Below are positions 1 to 10,851 of a stretch of DNA of 60,978 nt, piece after piece. The position numbers and the translations under genes were made by a program. The notes under the pieces were generated by a model, which was not told where the DNA came from, made no database searches, and saw nothing but the letters and a program-made list of their open reading frames with translations. Source of the stretch: Marinoscillum sp. (GTDB taxonomy: Bacteria; Bacteroidota; Bacteroidia; Cytophagales; MED-G16); NCBI GenBank assembly GCA_042095375.1, contig JBELBJ010000002.1, positions 1-60,978 on the forward strand. Reading direction: 5' to 3'. The number at the start of each line of letters is the position of its first letter. Within the stretch, counting starts at the first letter, position 1.

Positions 1-1
1 A

Positions 2-865
2 GCTGGCGGTGGAGGAAAAGGCATGAGAATAGTTAATGAAGAAAAAGGTTTTAAAAAATCATGGGATGAAGCGACTAATGAGTCTAGTGCAGCTTTTGGA
101 AATTCAGGTTTATATATTGAAAAGTACATTGAAGAACCAAGACATATTGAGATACAAATAGTTGGAGATAAATACGGTAATGTTAGTCATTTATCAGAAA
201 GAGACTGCTCAATACAAAGAAGACATCAAAAACTCATTGAAGAAACACCTTCCCCATTTGTTGATGAAGAACTAAGAGAAAGAATGGGTCAAACTGCGAT
301 AAAAGCAGGCAAAGCTATAGATTATGAGGGCGCCGGTACAATAGAATTCATTGTAGATAAAAATAAAAACTTTTATTTTATGGAAATGAATACCAGAATT
401 CAAGTTGAACATGGAGTTACAGAAGAAGTTACTGATTTCGATTTAATAAAAGAACAAATAAAAGTAACCGATGGAGCGAAAGTATCTGGAAAAAATTATT
501 ATCCAAAACTTCATGCAATCGAATGTAGGATTAATGCTGAAGATCCTAAAAGAAATTTTATTCCTTCTCCAGGAAAAATCACAAATCTTCATATTCCTGG
601 AGGTCATGGTGTTAGGGTTGATACTCATGTTTATGCTGGATATACTATTCCACCGAATTATGATTCTATGATTGCTAAGATAATTACCACTCATCAGTCA
701 AGAGATGAGGCTATTGTTAGAATGAAAAGAGCGCTTGAGGAATTTGTTATAGAGGGGATTAAAACAACAATCCCATTACAGCTTAAATTAATGAATAATA
801 AGTCATTTTGTGATGGAAATTTTACAACTAAATTTCTAGATAATTATGATTTTAAATCCATTTAA
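2..865 (+). CDS. accC: Acetyl-CoA carboxylase biotin carboxylase subunit, 5' end outside the window
   Basis: The frame is open from base 2 ([11 protein letters not shown]). ATP-grasp and BC motifs [30 protein letters not shown] and YDSMIAK are present. Confidence 0.95.
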   Translation, partial: AGGGGKGMRIVNEEKGFKKSWDEATNESSAAFGNSGLYIEKYIEEPRHIEIQIVGDKYGNVSHLSERDCSIQRRHQKLIEETPSPFVDEELRERMGQTAIKAGKAIDYEGAGTIEFIVDKNKNFYFMEMNTRIQVEHGVTEEVTDFDLIKEQIKVTDGAKVSGKNYYPKLHAIECRINAEDPKRNFIPSPGKITNLHIPGGHGVRVDTHVYAGYTIPPNYDSMIAKIITTHQSRDEAIVRMKRALEEFVIEGIKTTIPLQLKLMNNKSFCDGNFTTKFLDNYDFKSI

Positions 866-2184
866 TAATTAATTTCTTTAAAATTTATTCCAAAGCTGTT
901 TAATTCATTTAATATTGGATTATAGATTTCTTTTTTGATTGGTAGATGAACACCTTTTAAATTTACTTTATTCATCAAAAATAATTTTATAAAAATCCCT
1001 ATTGGAAGACCAACTGAATGAGCCATAGCGGTTTCATTTTGATTTTTACCATCCATATAAAAATAAGACATTAAGCTTTTTAATTTTTTATTTTTAAAAT
1101 ATTTAAATCTATGAACCATAATTACTCTATCTTTTTCATTTTTTTTCATCTTCCATTTTTTGGATAAAATATTCTCGAGAACATCTGCATAAGTTCCCCT
1201 TTTTATTTTAATCAATTTATCAGAAAATAAATGTAACCAATCTAAACACTTCATTTCTAATGAACTTTTTTTAATATTAAACTTTGAAGATAATAATTGT
1301 TTTATCTCCAGTTCATCATTTTTAAAAACTTTAGATTTTAAAAAATTATTATAAGTCATATTGTAAGGTTTTTGAACAAATACTTTATCATCTGTTAATC
1401 CTAGTTTAATAAATAAATCCCAAGCAGAACAAAATCCTCTATTTCTAAGTGTTCCTCTAAATATTGTTTTTATCTTTTTAAGATTATATATATCAATATA
1501 TTTTAGTGAATCCCTATTAGCATAACCTTCAAAAAAACCTAATTTAGGAATCTCAATTAAATTTATTTTCTTAAATATTTCATCATAAGAAAGTTTAACT
1601 TCTTTATTGTTTTCAAGATATGTAGAACCCTGAGATCCAGCTAAAACTACATTTTTAGAGTTCCAAGTAAATTTATAATTCCAAGGATTATATGATTTAG
1701 AATTTGGTGTTAATAGACCACCAGTATAAGATTCAAAACTTTTAATATCATAATTACTATCTAATTTATCAATAATTTTCATAGCTGACATATGATCAAT
1801 ACCTGGATCTAATCCCATTTCCATCAATAAAAAAGCATTTTTTTTCAAAAATTCAGGATTTAGTTTTTTTATTTCGGGAGTTAAATAGGATGCTGTTATT
1901 AAATTTCTCCCAATATTTGAACAAATTTTTGCAATTTTAAAATGCATAAAACTTGGGAGCATACTCACAACTAAATAAGAATCAATTATATTTTTATTTA
2001 ACTGATCTAAATTATTAATATTAAGAACTATAGGCAATACATTATTAAAAGGATTGTTTAAAAAATAAGACACATCAAGTGCAGCGACCTTTATTTTTAA
2101 ATTAAACTTTTCGGATAAATTTGATAAATACTTAATTAATACTATAGATGACTTCCCTGCACCTAAAATCAAAATATTTTTCAT
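862..2184 (-). CDS. Saccharopine dehydrogenase family protein (Lys9/AASS SDH-like)
   Basis: N-terminal Rossmann motif ILGAGKS, plus [36 protein letters not shown] and RGTLR. Confidence 0.9.
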   Translation of the reverse strand: MKNILILGAGKSSIVLIKYLSNLSEKFNLKIKVAALDVSYFLNNPFNNVLPIVLNINNLDQLNKNIIDSYLVVSMLPSFMHFKIAKICSNIGRNLITASYLTPEIKKLNPEFLKKNAFLLMEMGLDPGIDHMSAMKIIDKLDSNYDIKSFESYTGGLLTPNSKSYNPWNYKFTWNSKNVVLAGSQGSTYLENNKEVKLSYDEIFKKINLIEIPKLGFFEGYANRDSLKYIDIYNLKKIKTIFRGTLRNRGFCSAWDLFIKLGLTDDKVFVQKPYNMTYNNFLKSKVFKNDELEIKQLLSSKFNIKKSSLEMKCLDWLHLFSDKLIKIKRGTYADVLENILSKKWKMKKNEKDRVIMVHRFKYFKNKKLKSLMSYFYMDGKNQNETAMAHSVGLPIGIFIKLFLMNKVNLKGVHLPIKKEIYNPILNELNSFGINFKEINY

Positions 2185-2189
2185 TAAAA

Positions 2190-2939
2190 TTAATCTCTAT
2201 TTATAACTGTTGATGATGCTTGATTCTTTGGAAACATAGTAATATCACTAATATTCACATTATCTGGTCTATTAATAATAAAATATATTACCTCAGCAAC
2301 ATCATCTGGTGTTAATGGTTTGATTCCATCATAAACTAAATTTGCTTTTTCTTTGTCCCCCTTGAATCTTACTAGTGCAAATTCTGTTTCAACTAATCCA
2401 GGATTTACTGAAGAAACTTTAATATTATAATTATTTAAATCTACTTGCATTCCTTTTGTTATTGCATCTACAGCATATTTTGAAGCACAATAAACATTTC
2501 CTTTAGGGTAAATCTCCTTTCCTGCTATTGATCCTATATTAATTATTATTCCTTGATTTAATTTAATCATAATTGGGATAATCAATTTACTTACATAGAG
2601 TAGTCCTTTAACATTTATATCAATCATTGCATCCCAATCAGTAACATTTCCTTCATGAATTAAATCCATTCCATGAGCATTTCCTGCATTATTAACTAAT
2701 ATGTAAATCTTTTTCCATTTATTTGGTAAAGAATTAAAACTTTTTTTTAAACTTTCATTATCTCTAATATCATAGCATAATGTATAAACATCAGTGAGTT
2801 TTGATAATTCATCTTTTATTTTATTTAATCTTTTTTCACGTCTTCCGCATAAAATAAGTGCATAATCTTTAGCAAGAACTTTAGATATAGAATAACCAAT
2901 CCCTGATGTTGAGCCCGTTATAAAAGCAATCTTTTTCAT
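2190..2939 (-). CDS. Short-chain dehydrogenase/reductase (YdfG-like NADP-dependent 3-hydroxy acid dehydrogenase family)
   Basis: TGSTSGIG, LVNNAG, catalytic YCASK, PGLVETEF and a LTPDDVAE tail. Confidence 0.9.
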   Translation of the reverse strand: MKKIAFITGSTSGIGYSISKVLAKDYALILCGRREKRLNKIKDELSKLTDVYTLCYDIRDNESLKKSFNSLPNKWKKIYILVNNAGNAHGMDLIHEGNVTDWDAMIDINVKGLLYVSKLIIPIMIKLNQGIIINIGSIAGKEIYPKGNVYCASKYAVDAITKGMQVDLNNYNIKVSSVNPGLVETEFALVRFKGDKEKANLVYDGIKPLTPDDVAEVIYFIINRPDNVNISDITMFPKNQASSTVINRD

Positions 2940-2945
2940 AATAAT

Positions 2946-3680
2946 TTAATTAGGTCCTCCCTCGAAGGTAAAGAAAATTGATAAATTATGAGGAATTATT
3001 TTTTCAATTGGATCTGAATAAATATTAGCGATACCATTTTCTGATTTTTTAATCATATTAATTAAACCCCGAGAATATCTGATTTCAGGAGATAATTTAA
3101 AAAGTTCAAAAAAAATATCAGCACCAAATCCTAATTCAAAAGATATATCATATGCTTTTAAACCTAGTATATCTTTACCAGCCTCATCTTTGTTTTTGGC
3201 GCCCACTTCAATCCCAGGCTTCAGTCCAGAAACTATATACATCCTAAAATTTTTTCTTCTTTGAGATTTATATTTAATTAAAATAGGTAATTCTACTAAA
3301 GTTGCTGCTCTAGTGTCCGAAAAGATATCACCATTTAGATATTTGTAATCTAAAGAAAATTCATAAAAAGAAACTTGTAATAAGGTTCTTAAGTCAAATG
3401 GATAAATAATATTTATATCTGAAACAAAACCTAATTTAAACCCAGGTTTTGATACTGGAACAATAGAATGTAGATTAGAAAATTCAGGAGAAGCATATTT
3501 TTCAGAGTAATTTATTCTATAGTAGGACGAATGCAAACCAATTAAAAAGCCAAAATGGATCCATGCTTCATCGTAATTTGGTAAATTAATAGCAGAATTC
3601 TTTGACATCAAAATATTCTGAGATTTTAAATTACATGAGAAAATCAAAATAAATAATAATACAATTAAATTGTTTTTCAT
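2946..3680 (-). CDS. porT: PorT-family outer-membrane beta-barrel (type IX secretion system)
   Basis: Signal peptide ending LKS|Q, alternating beta-strand pattern, ELPILIKYKSQRRKN, ELGFGADIFFELFKLSPEIRYSRG. Confidence 0.75.
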   Translation of the reverse strand: MKNNLIVLLFILIFSCNLKSQNILMSKNSAINLPNYDEAWIHFGFLIGLHSSYYRINYSEKYASPEFSNLHSIVPVSKPGFKLGFVSDINIIYPFDLRTLLQVSFYEFSLDYKYLNGDIFSDTRAATLVELPILIKYKSQRRKNFRMYIVSGLKPGIEVGAKNKDEAGKDILGLKAYDISFELGFGADIFFELFKLSPEIRYSRGLINMIKKSENGIANIYSDPIEKIIPHNLSIFFTFEGGPN

Positions 3681-3772
3681 TATAATGATAATAATATAAT
3701 ATGATAACTATTAAAATGAATATAAATTGCATATTAAAGTTAACATTGATCAATTAGTTTTTTAATATAAAA

Positions 3773-4378
3773 ATGGAAGTTTTTAATTCTGAATTTATAA
3801 AAAGTAGTGATAATTACAAAGATTGTCCTAAAGATCCTATACCAGAATATGCATTCATAGGAAGATCAAATGTAGGCAAATCATCGCTACTAAATATGCT
3901 AGTGAATAATAAAAAGCTATCGAAAATCTCATCTAAACCTGGAAAAACAAAACTAATAAATCATTTTAAAATTAATAAAAGCTATTTTTTAGTAGATCTT
4001 CCAGGTTATGGTTGGGCAAAATCAAGTAAAATTGAAAGAGAAAAATGGTTAAAAATGACAAAATCATATTTAAAAAATAGTAACAAATTATCTTTAGTTT
4101 TTCAACTTATTGATTCAAGAATTAAACCTCAAAATTCTGATATTGATTTTACACTTTTTTTAGGAATAAATAAAATTCCTTTAAGCATTATTTTTACAAA
4201 AATTGATAAAATAAAAGAAAAAATAGTTGAGAAAAATATTGAATTATATAAAATAGAACTTTTAAAAAATTGGAAAAAATTACCAGAAATATTTATAACC
4301 TCATCTAAAAAACAAATAGGTAGAAAAAAAATTTTAACCTATATATCTGAAATAAATAATTCTTTACTAAAACAATGA
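3773..4378 (+). CDS. yihA: Ribosome biogenesis GTPase YihA/EngB
   Basis: G1 GRSNVGKSS, PGKT, DLPGYG, and G4 TKID. Confidence 0.95.
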   Translation: MEVFNSEFIKSSDNYKDCPKDPIPEYAFIGRSNVGKSSLLNMLVNNKKLSKISSKPGKTKLINHFKINKSYFLVDLPGYGWAKSSKIEREKWLKMTKSYLKNSNKLSLVFQLIDSRIKPQNSDIDFTLFLGINKIPLSIIFTKIDKIKEKIVEKNIELYKIELLKNWKKLPEIFITSSKKQIGRKKILTYISEINNSLLKQ

Positions 4379-5595
4379 TATCACTCTATAATATAATTAT
4401 TTTTTTAAGCTCTATTTTAATATTTATTGGATCATTTTTTTCAAAAAAATTAAATCTATTGTATAACGGCAGGAAAAAAATAAAAAAGTATTTTAAAATA
4501 ATAAATATTACAAATGAAAAAAAAATATGGATACATGTTTCCTCTGTTGGAGAATTTGAACAAGCTAAATCAATTATTTATTATTTTAAAAATAAATCAA
4601 AACTTAAAATTTTTATAACTTTTTTTTCTCCTTCAGCAGAAAAAGTAATTAAAAAATTCAAACTAGTTGATTACTCATGTTATTTGCCTGAAGATTCAAA
4701 AAATAAAATTTCATATTTATATAAAAAAATTAATCCAAAAATTTTATTATTAATCAAATATGAATTTTGGTATCACTTGATCAATGAAGGGAATAAAATA
4801 AATATTCCGGTGGTTTCCATTTCATCAATTTTTAGAAAAAATCAAATTTATTTTAATGCATTTAGTTTTTTTTCTAAACCGTTAAAAAAAATAAATTATT
4901 ATTATGTTCAAAATGAAGAATCTAAATCATTATTAAAATCAATAGATATAATTAATGTAATAGTAGTAGGAGACACAAGATTTGATAGGGTATATGATAT
5001 TTATAAAGAATCAAAAGACTATCCTAAGATTGAAAAGTTTGTAAAGAAAAGTAAAACTCTAATTATTGGTAGTTCTTGGAAATCAGATATAAATATTTTA
5101 AAAAATGGGATTTTAAATAGTAATAAATTAAAATTCATCATTGCCCCCCATAATGTCAATGAAAATGAAATCGTTTTTATTGAAAATTTGTTTCTAAATA
5201 ATACAATTAGATATTCAAATTTAGAACTTGATAATTCTTATGATAAAAACATTTTAATTATTGATAATATCGGAATGTTGTCATCAATATATAGATATGG
5301 AAATATTGCATACATTGGAGGAGGTTTTGAAGGAACTCTTCATAATAGTTTAGAAGCTGCAATCTGGGATTTACCAATCTTATATGGTAATCATAAAAAC
5401 AATCAAAAATTTAATGAAATTAGGAATATGGAAAAATTAGAATTGACATTTCCTATTAATTCAACCATTGAATATGAAAAAAAAATAAATGAATTATTAA
5501 ATAAGAAAAATACCTATGGTACTAAAAAATATGTCTTAAATAATATAGGTGCAACAAAATTAATTTTCAAATCATTAAATAAATTATTAAAATGA
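4375..5595 (+). CDS. waaA: 3-deoxy-D-manno-octulosonic acid transferase
   Basis: IWIHVSSVGEFEQ, KYEFW, GDTRFDRV, IIAPH, IDNIGMLSSIY and AYIGGGF...HNSLEAA. Confidence 0.9.
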   Translation: MISLYNIIIFLSSILIFIGSFFSKKLNLLYNGRKKIKKYFKIINITNEKKIWIHVSSVGEFEQAKSIIYYFKNKSKLKIFITFFSPSAEKVIKKFKLVDYSCYLPEDSKNKISYLYKKINPKILLLIKYEFWYHLINEGNKINIPVVSISSIFRKNQIYFNAFSFFSKPLKKINYYYVQNEESKSLLKSIDIINVIVVGDTRFDRVYDIYKESKDYPKIEKFVKKSKTLIIGSSWKSDINILKNGILNSNKLKFIIAPHNVNENEIVFIENLFLNNTIRYSNLELDNSYDKNILIIDNIGMLSSIYRYGNIAYIGGGFEGTLHNSLEAAIWDLPILYGNHKNNQKFNEIRNMEKLELTFPINSTIEYEKKINELLNKKNTYGTKKYVLNNIGATKLIFKSLNKLLK

Positions 5596-6503
5596 TTGGA
5601 AATATAATTAAATCAACTGGCTCATGGTATCTTATTAGAAATGATAAGGGGGAAATTTTCAATTCAAGACTTAGAGGTAAATTTAAATTAAGTAATCATA
5701 AGTTATCTAACCCTATTGCAACAGGAGATAAAGTTGAATTTGATGAAGACAAAAATAATTTAGGTAATTATATAATTAATAAAATTGCACCTAGGAATAA
5801 CTATTTGATAAGACAATCCATCAAAAAAAAAAATAATGGGCATATGATTGCATCAAATATTAATCAAGCGATTATAATATCATCATTAAAAAGTCCATTC
5901 ACTAAATCTGGATTTATTGATAGATTTTTAATTTCATGTTTTGCTTATAGAATCCCTGCATTAGTAATTTATAATAAGGAAGATATTTTAAATAATAAAG
6001 AAAAAACTAGACTTAATCAGGAAATTGATTATTATAAAAAAATTGGTTTCAATTCGTTATCAATCTCAGCTAAGTTTGGTAAAAAAATTAAAAATTTAAA
6101 ATCTATATTAAAAAATAAAACATCATTATTTATGGGAAATTCTGGAGTCGGAAAGTCAACTTTAATTAATAGATTAAGTGATAACGCAAATCAAAAAACA
6201 TCAGAAATTTCAAAAAAAAGTAATAAAGGAAAGCATAGAACAACTTTTTCCCAAATTTTTGATGTTGATGAAAAAACAAAAATTATAGATACACCAGGAA
6301 TTAAAACTTTTGAATTGTTTGATATTCAAAAAAATGAAATTAAAAATTATTTTCCAGAGTTTATAAAAATTAATGATAAATGTAAGTTTAATAATTGTTT
6401 ACATATAAATGAACCAAATTGCGAAATAAAGAAAGAAATAGATAAATCAATTTGGAAAAGAAGATATAACAATTACTTATCCATAATTCAAGACTTTAAA
6501 TAA
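5592..6503 (+). CDS. rsgA: Ribosome small subunit-dependent GTPase A
   Basis: Circularly permuted GTPase (NKED before GNSGVGKST, then HRTT and DTPG) with a C-terminal CKFNNCLHINEPNC zinc site. Confidence 0.95.
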   Translation: MIGNIIKSTGSWYLIRNDKGEIFNSRLRGKFKLSNHKLSNPIATGDKVEFDEDKNNLGNYIINKIAPRNNYLIRQSIKKKNNGHMIASNINQAIIISSLKSPFTKSGFIDRFLISCFAYRIPALVIYNKEDILNNKEKTRLNQEIDYYKKIGFNSLSISAKFGKKIKNLKSILKNKTSLFMGNSGVGKSTLINRLSDNANQKTSEISKKSNKGKHRTTFSQIFDVDEKTKIIDTPGIKTFELFDIQKNEIKNYFPEFIKINDKCKFNNCLHINEPNCEIKKEIDKSIWKRRYNNYLSIIQDFK

Positions 6504-6512
6504 TAGTTAAAT

Positions 6513-7952
6513 TTATTTTAATTTTTTTATTCTTATTTTCATGTATGCAAATAGTATAGTCATCAAAGGACTTATTATACTAAAGAAACAATAAGGTAGA
6601 TAGGTTAATGTACCTACATTTAAAACAGAAGCATGGTATGCGCCGCATGTATTCCACGGAACGAGAACTGAAGTCACTGTACCGCCATCTTCAAGAGTTC
6701 TACTTAAATTAACTGGATCTAATCCATTTTTTTTATACGTTTCGGAAAACATTCTTCCAGGAACTACTATTGAAAGATATTGATCCGAAGCTGTAAGATT
6801 AAAAAATACACATGTTCCTACCGTAGAAGTAACTAAAGAACCTGTTGATTTAACTGAGGTAAGAATGGTATTTACAATTTTTTTTAAAAAACCAGAAATT
6901 TCCATCACTCCACCAAAGATCATAGCTGAAAAAATTAACCATATTGTACTTAACATTCCAAACATTCCTCCTGAAGTTAATAATTCATTAACTATTTCAT
7001 TAGAGGTAGAGATAGAAATGGTTCCATATAATGATTTCATAATTCCAACAAAAAGACTTTCAAAGTTAGAATCACTAATCCCAGATACTTCCCGAACAAG
7101 ATCAGGTTGAAAAATAAGTGAAAAAATTACACCTAAAAAGGTGCCACAAAATAAGGCAGGAAGAGCTTTTGTTTTTTTATAAATTAAAAATATTACAAAT
7201 AATGGAACTAAAAATAGTACAGGAGATAAGTAAAATTTTTCGGAAATTGCATTAGAAATTAAAGTAGAATTAGTTTGATTAATATTAGTATAATTGGTTA
7301 ATCCTAAAAATAAAAATAAAACCAAACAAATTAAAATTGATGGTAAAGAAGTATAAGATAAGTATCTAATATGAGAAAATAGATCACTTCCAGCAACAGC
7401 AGGTGATAAATTAGTTGTATCTGACAACGGAGACATTTTATCTCCAAAATATGCTCCACTCAAAATTGACCCAGCTATTAAACCTTCAGAAATTCCTAAT
7501 GCTTTTCCTATTCCAATCAATGCAATTCCAATAGTAGCAGATGTTGTCCAAGAACTACCAGTAGCTAGAGAAACAATAATACAAATGAGACAAGAAGCTA
7601 TCAAAAATATTTTTGGATTTAGCAATTGAATTCCATAATAAATCATTGCAGGAACAATTCCACTTAACATCCATGAACCAGCCAATGATCCTACTAGAAA
7701 TAAAATAAGTATTGAAGGTATTGCTGAACTAATACTATTTACAATTCCTTTTTGTAATTCACTCCATTTGAATCCTATATTTAAAGCAATTGCCGATGCA
7801 ATTGAAGCAGAAACAATTAAAACTATTTGATTACTTCCATCTAAAGATGAATCTTTAAAAATAAAAACATTAATTGATAAAAAAACAATCAAAAAAAGTA
7901 TTGGAAATATAGATTCTAAAAAAGTAGGGTCTCTTAATTTATTTTTTTTCAT
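6513..7952 (-). CDS. nhaC: NhaC-family Na+/H+ antiporter or transporter
   Basis: Polytopic membrane protein with TGSSWTT, GAYFGDKMSPLSDTTNL, SDQYLSIVVPG and SRTLEDGGTVTSVLVPWNTCG. Confidence 0.9.
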   Translation of the reverse strand: MKKNKLRDPTFLESIFPILFLIVFLSINVFIFKDSSLDGSNQIVLIVSASIASAIALNIGFKWSELQKGIVNSISSAIPSILILFLVGSLAGSWMLSGIVPAMIYYGIQLLNPKIFLIASCLICIIVSLATGSSWTTSATIGIALIGIGKALGISEGLIAGSILSGAYFGDKMSPLSDTTNLSPAVAGSDLFSHIRYLSYTSLPSILICLVLFLFLGLTNYTNINQTNSTLISNAISEKFYLSPVLFLVPLFVIFLIYKKTKALPALFCGTFLGVIFSLIFQPDLVREVSGISDSNFESLFVGIMKSLYGTISISTSNEIVNELLTSGGMFGMLSTIWLIFSAMIFGGVMEISGFLKKIVNTILTSVKSTGSLVTSTVGTCVFFNLTASDQYLSIVVPGRMFSETYKKNGLDPVNLSRTLEDGGTVTSVLVPWNTCGAYHASVLNVGTLTYLPYCFFSIISPLMTILFAYMKIRIKKLK

Positions 7953-8031
7953 AAATCAAATTAATAATATTTATTATAAAAAACTGGAAAACTTAATTAA
8001 ATAAAACTATAATAGCTATTGAAATAATAGT

Positions 8032-9273
8032 ATGAAAAAAAATAATTCTTTCTTATTAGATTTGATTAAATCACAAAAAGATAATTTTAGTCTAGATCAG
8101 TCTTTTTATACTAGCAAAAACATCTTTGAAATAGATCTTAAAACATTTTTTTTTAATCAGTGGGTTTTTGTTGGTCATATATCAAGAATAAAAAATAAAG
8201 GAGATTATTTTTTATTTAAAATTGGGAATGAATCAATTATATTAATTAGAGAAAATGAAGATAAAATTAATGCATTCTATAATGTATGCAGACATAGAGG
8301 CTCACACATATGTTTAGAAGAGGAAGGAAGACTAAGAAAATTTATATGTCCTTATCATGCATGGAATTATGATTTATCTGGAAAACTTTTGAAAGCAAGA
8401 ATGATGGATAATGATTTCAAACCTGAAAATTGGAGTTTAAAAAAATGTAATTCTTTAGTTTTTGAAGGACTAATTTTTATAAATTTATCAGATAAGCCTT
8501 CTGATTTTGAAAATTTCATCAATCCTATTAAAGACTTTATTAAACTACATGGATTAGGTAAAGCTAAAATAGCAGCAAAAAAAACATATCCAACCAAAGG
8601 AAACTGGAAACTTGCATTAGATAATTTTCATGAGTGTTATCATTGTCAACCTTCTCATCCTGAATATTGTCATGTTCACAGCAAAGAATATATTCAAGCA
8701 TATGGTGCTGGAAGTAATACAGGGCCAGAATCAAAAATGTTTAATAAAAAGTTAGAAATTTGGAATAAAAAAGTAAAAAAAATGGGTTATTTAACCGGTG
8801 AGTATTCAGAAAAAAAATTTTCTAATTTTTTTAGAAGTGCAGAAAGAACACCATTTAGTAATGGAAAACTATCCGAAACAAAATCAGGAAAACCTGCTTC
8901 TATTTTGATGGGTGATTTCAATGAGTTTGATGGCGGGTATACAACTATAGGGCCATCACCTTTTAATAGTATTATAATGACAAATGATTTTGCAACTTTA
9001 TTTACATTTATTCCTAAAAGTCCTACACATACAGAAGTTGAATTGATTTGGTTAGTAAATGAAAATGCTGTTGAAGGAATTGACTATGATATAAATGAAA
9101 TAATGTGGATGTGGGATGAAACAACAAAAGCAGATAAAAGAATAATAGAAAATAATCAAAAAGGAGTTTTATCATCTAAATACGAACCAGGACCATTATC
9201 AAAAATGGAGGTCGGTTTAGATAAACTAAAAAAATGGTATTTAAAACATCTTGAATTAGAAATAACCAAATAA
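8032..9273 (+). CDS. Rieske non-heme iron oxygenase alpha subunit (GbcA/Stc2/CntA-like quaternary-amine group)
   Basis: Rieske ligands CRHRG and CPYHAW; mononuclear Fe motif NWKLALDNFHECYHCQPSHPE; C-terminal D..IIENNQKG. Confidence 0.9.
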   Translation: MKKNNSFLLDLIKSQKDNFSLDQSFYTSKNIFEIDLKTFFFNQWVFVGHISRIKNKGDYFLFKIGNESIILIRENEDKINAFYNVCRHRGSHICLEEEGRLRKFICPYHAWNYDLSGKLLKARMMDNDFKPENWSLKKCNSLVFEGLIFINLSDKPSDFENFINPIKDFIKLHGLGKAKIAAKKTYPTKGNWKLALDNFHECYHCQPSHPEYCHVHSKEYIQAYGAGSNTGPESKMFNKKLEIWNKKVKKMGYLTGEYSEKKFSNFFRSAERTPFSNGKLSETKSGKPASILMGDFNEFDGGYTTIGPSPFNSIIMTNDFATLFTFIPKSPTHTEVELIWLVNENAVEGIDYDINEIMWMWDETTKADKRIIENNQKGVLSSKYEPGPLSKMEVGLDKLKKWYLKHLELEITK

Positions 9274-9279
9274 GATATC

Positions 9280-10851
9280 TTACTTGGTTATTTCATTTAT
9301 CATATTAATAGCATTTGCTCCGTGAAGACCACCACCAGGATGAGTGGATGGGCTACAAATAAAAAGATTCTTGATATGAGTTCTATATTGTGATGAAGAA
9401 ATTGTTGGTCTCATAAATAAAAATTGATCTAGAGTCATTTCACCATGATTGAAACTACCTTCAGTATTATTTAAAGTTGACTCAAAATCAAGAGGTGTAG
9501 AAATAGAAGAGTCAATGATATCGTTAGAAAAGTTTGTAATATACTTATCTAATATAGAGGTCACATTATTAATTATATCTTTTTTTAATTTATCTGACCA
9601 TTTATTATTTTTTAATGCGTAGGGTATATATTGAATTGAAGCAGAAAGAACATGATTATTATCTTTTGCAAAAGAGGGGTTACTAATACTAGGAATACAA
9701 AATTCTATATATGGAGATGATGAAAAACCTCCATATTTAACTTCATCATATGCTTTTTCTAAATAATTTATTGAAGGAGAAATAGAAAATACAGTTTGTA
9801 ATTGATCGTCATTAATACCTTTAATTTTTGGCAAACTTTTTAAGGCAAAATGTAATCTTGCAGTACTTCCTCTATATTTAATATTATTTAATTGTGTTCT
9901 TACATTTGGATATAAATTTTTCGTTTCTAACAATTTAATACAAGTATTTTCTTGATCTAACCCTGATATTATATTTTTAGAAAAAAATATTTCACCATCT
10001 GCTAAAGTAACTCCGTCACAGTTACCATTATTACAATTTATTTTTATAACCTCAGAGTTATTTTTAATTTCAACTCCATAATCCTTTGCTTTTTTTGAAA
10101 AAACACTTGAGAGTGAACTAGTACCTCCCTTAATAAATTTAGCATCTAAAATATTTGTATCTGAATATATATTATGGTGCAAAAAATTAAGAACTGTAGC
10201 TGCAGAATATGGACCTTGATTCAAATGATGTATTCCACTAGCAGCAAGAGTTCCTCTTAATAATTTAGACTCAAACCATTCATCTAATAACTCCGGCATC
10301 ATCATTGGTAATGTTCTCAAAATATCTGCTATACCTCTAGTCCCATGGCTTAAAATCGGATTAAGTAAATTTTTCATGGAAATTGCATCACTTAAACCCA
10401 TTTTTTGAATATTAGGTGGAGTTATTTTATAAAGTGGTTTCAAAAAAGAGGAGATTTTTGATATAAATGAAGTAAAATCATTCCATTTATCTGCATCAGA
10501 TTTTGAAATTTTGGAAATAGATTCAATAGTTTTTTTATTATTTCTATGAAAAAAAATATGATTACCATCTAAATCTAAAGAAACCCTATATAGATCATTA
10601 ATTATCAACTCAATATCATCTTTTTGAATATTTAATTCCTTCAAAACTCTTTCATCTAACCATTTTATATAATCATAAACTAAATTACATCTGAAACCAG
10701 ATGAGAATTCAGATGTAGATGCCATACCTCCTAATGAATCATTAGACTCGAATAACATTACAGACTTTTTCTTTTTAGCCAAAAGAGCAGCAGCAATTAA
10801 TGAGTTTATTCCTCCACCAATAACAATAAAATCATATTTCTTATTTACCAT
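9280..10851 (-). CDS. Phytoene-dehydrogenase-like (PYROXD2-like) FAD oxidoreductase, divergent copy
   Basis: Altered dinucleotide motif GGGINS, LDEWFE, FIKGG, NHGEMTLDQ and THPGGG. Paralogous to the adjacent gene. Confidence 0.8.
   Translation of the reverse strand: MVNKKYDFIVIGGGINSLIAAALLAKKKKSVMLFESNDSLGGMASTSEFSSGFRCNLVYDYIKWLDERVLKELNIQKDDIELIINDLYRVSLDLDGNHIFFHRNNKKTIESISKISKSDADKWNDFTSFISKISSFLKPLYKITPPNIQKMGLSDAISMKNLLNPILSHGTRGIADILRTLPMMMPELLDEWFESKLLRGTLAASGIHHLNQGPYSAATVLNFLHHNIYSDTNILDAKFIKGGTSSLSSVFSKKAKDYGVEIKNNSEVIKINCNNGNCDGVTLADGEIFFSKNIISGLDQENTCIKLLETKNLYPNVRTQLNNIKYRGSTARLHFALKSLPKIKGINDDQLQTVFSISPSINYLEKAYDEVKYGGFSSSPYIEFCIPSISNPSFAKDNNHVLSASIQYIPYALKNNKWSDKLKKDIINNVTSILDKYITNFSNDIIDSSISTPLDFESTLNNTEGSFNHGEMTLDQFLFMRPTISSSQYRTHIKNLFICSPSTHPGGGLHGANAINMINEITK

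Noticed and set aside
862-2184. Alpha-aminoadipate lysine pathway, reinterpreting leuACDB as homocitrate-route genes
   Set aside because: The Leu proteins carry standard IPMS/IPMI/IPMDH motifs in normal leu order, and saccharopine dehydrogenase alone is also compatible with lysine degradation.
3681-3710. Fur-box-like ATAATGATAAT string between porT and yihA
   Set aside because: It is a partial match made almost entirely of A/T in an extremely AT-rich spacer, and the flanking genes are not iron-related.
8011-8020. Palindrome AATAGCTATT upstream of the Rieske gene
   Set aside because: It is only 10 bp and mostly A/T, with no adjacent regulator gene, so chance cannot be excluded.
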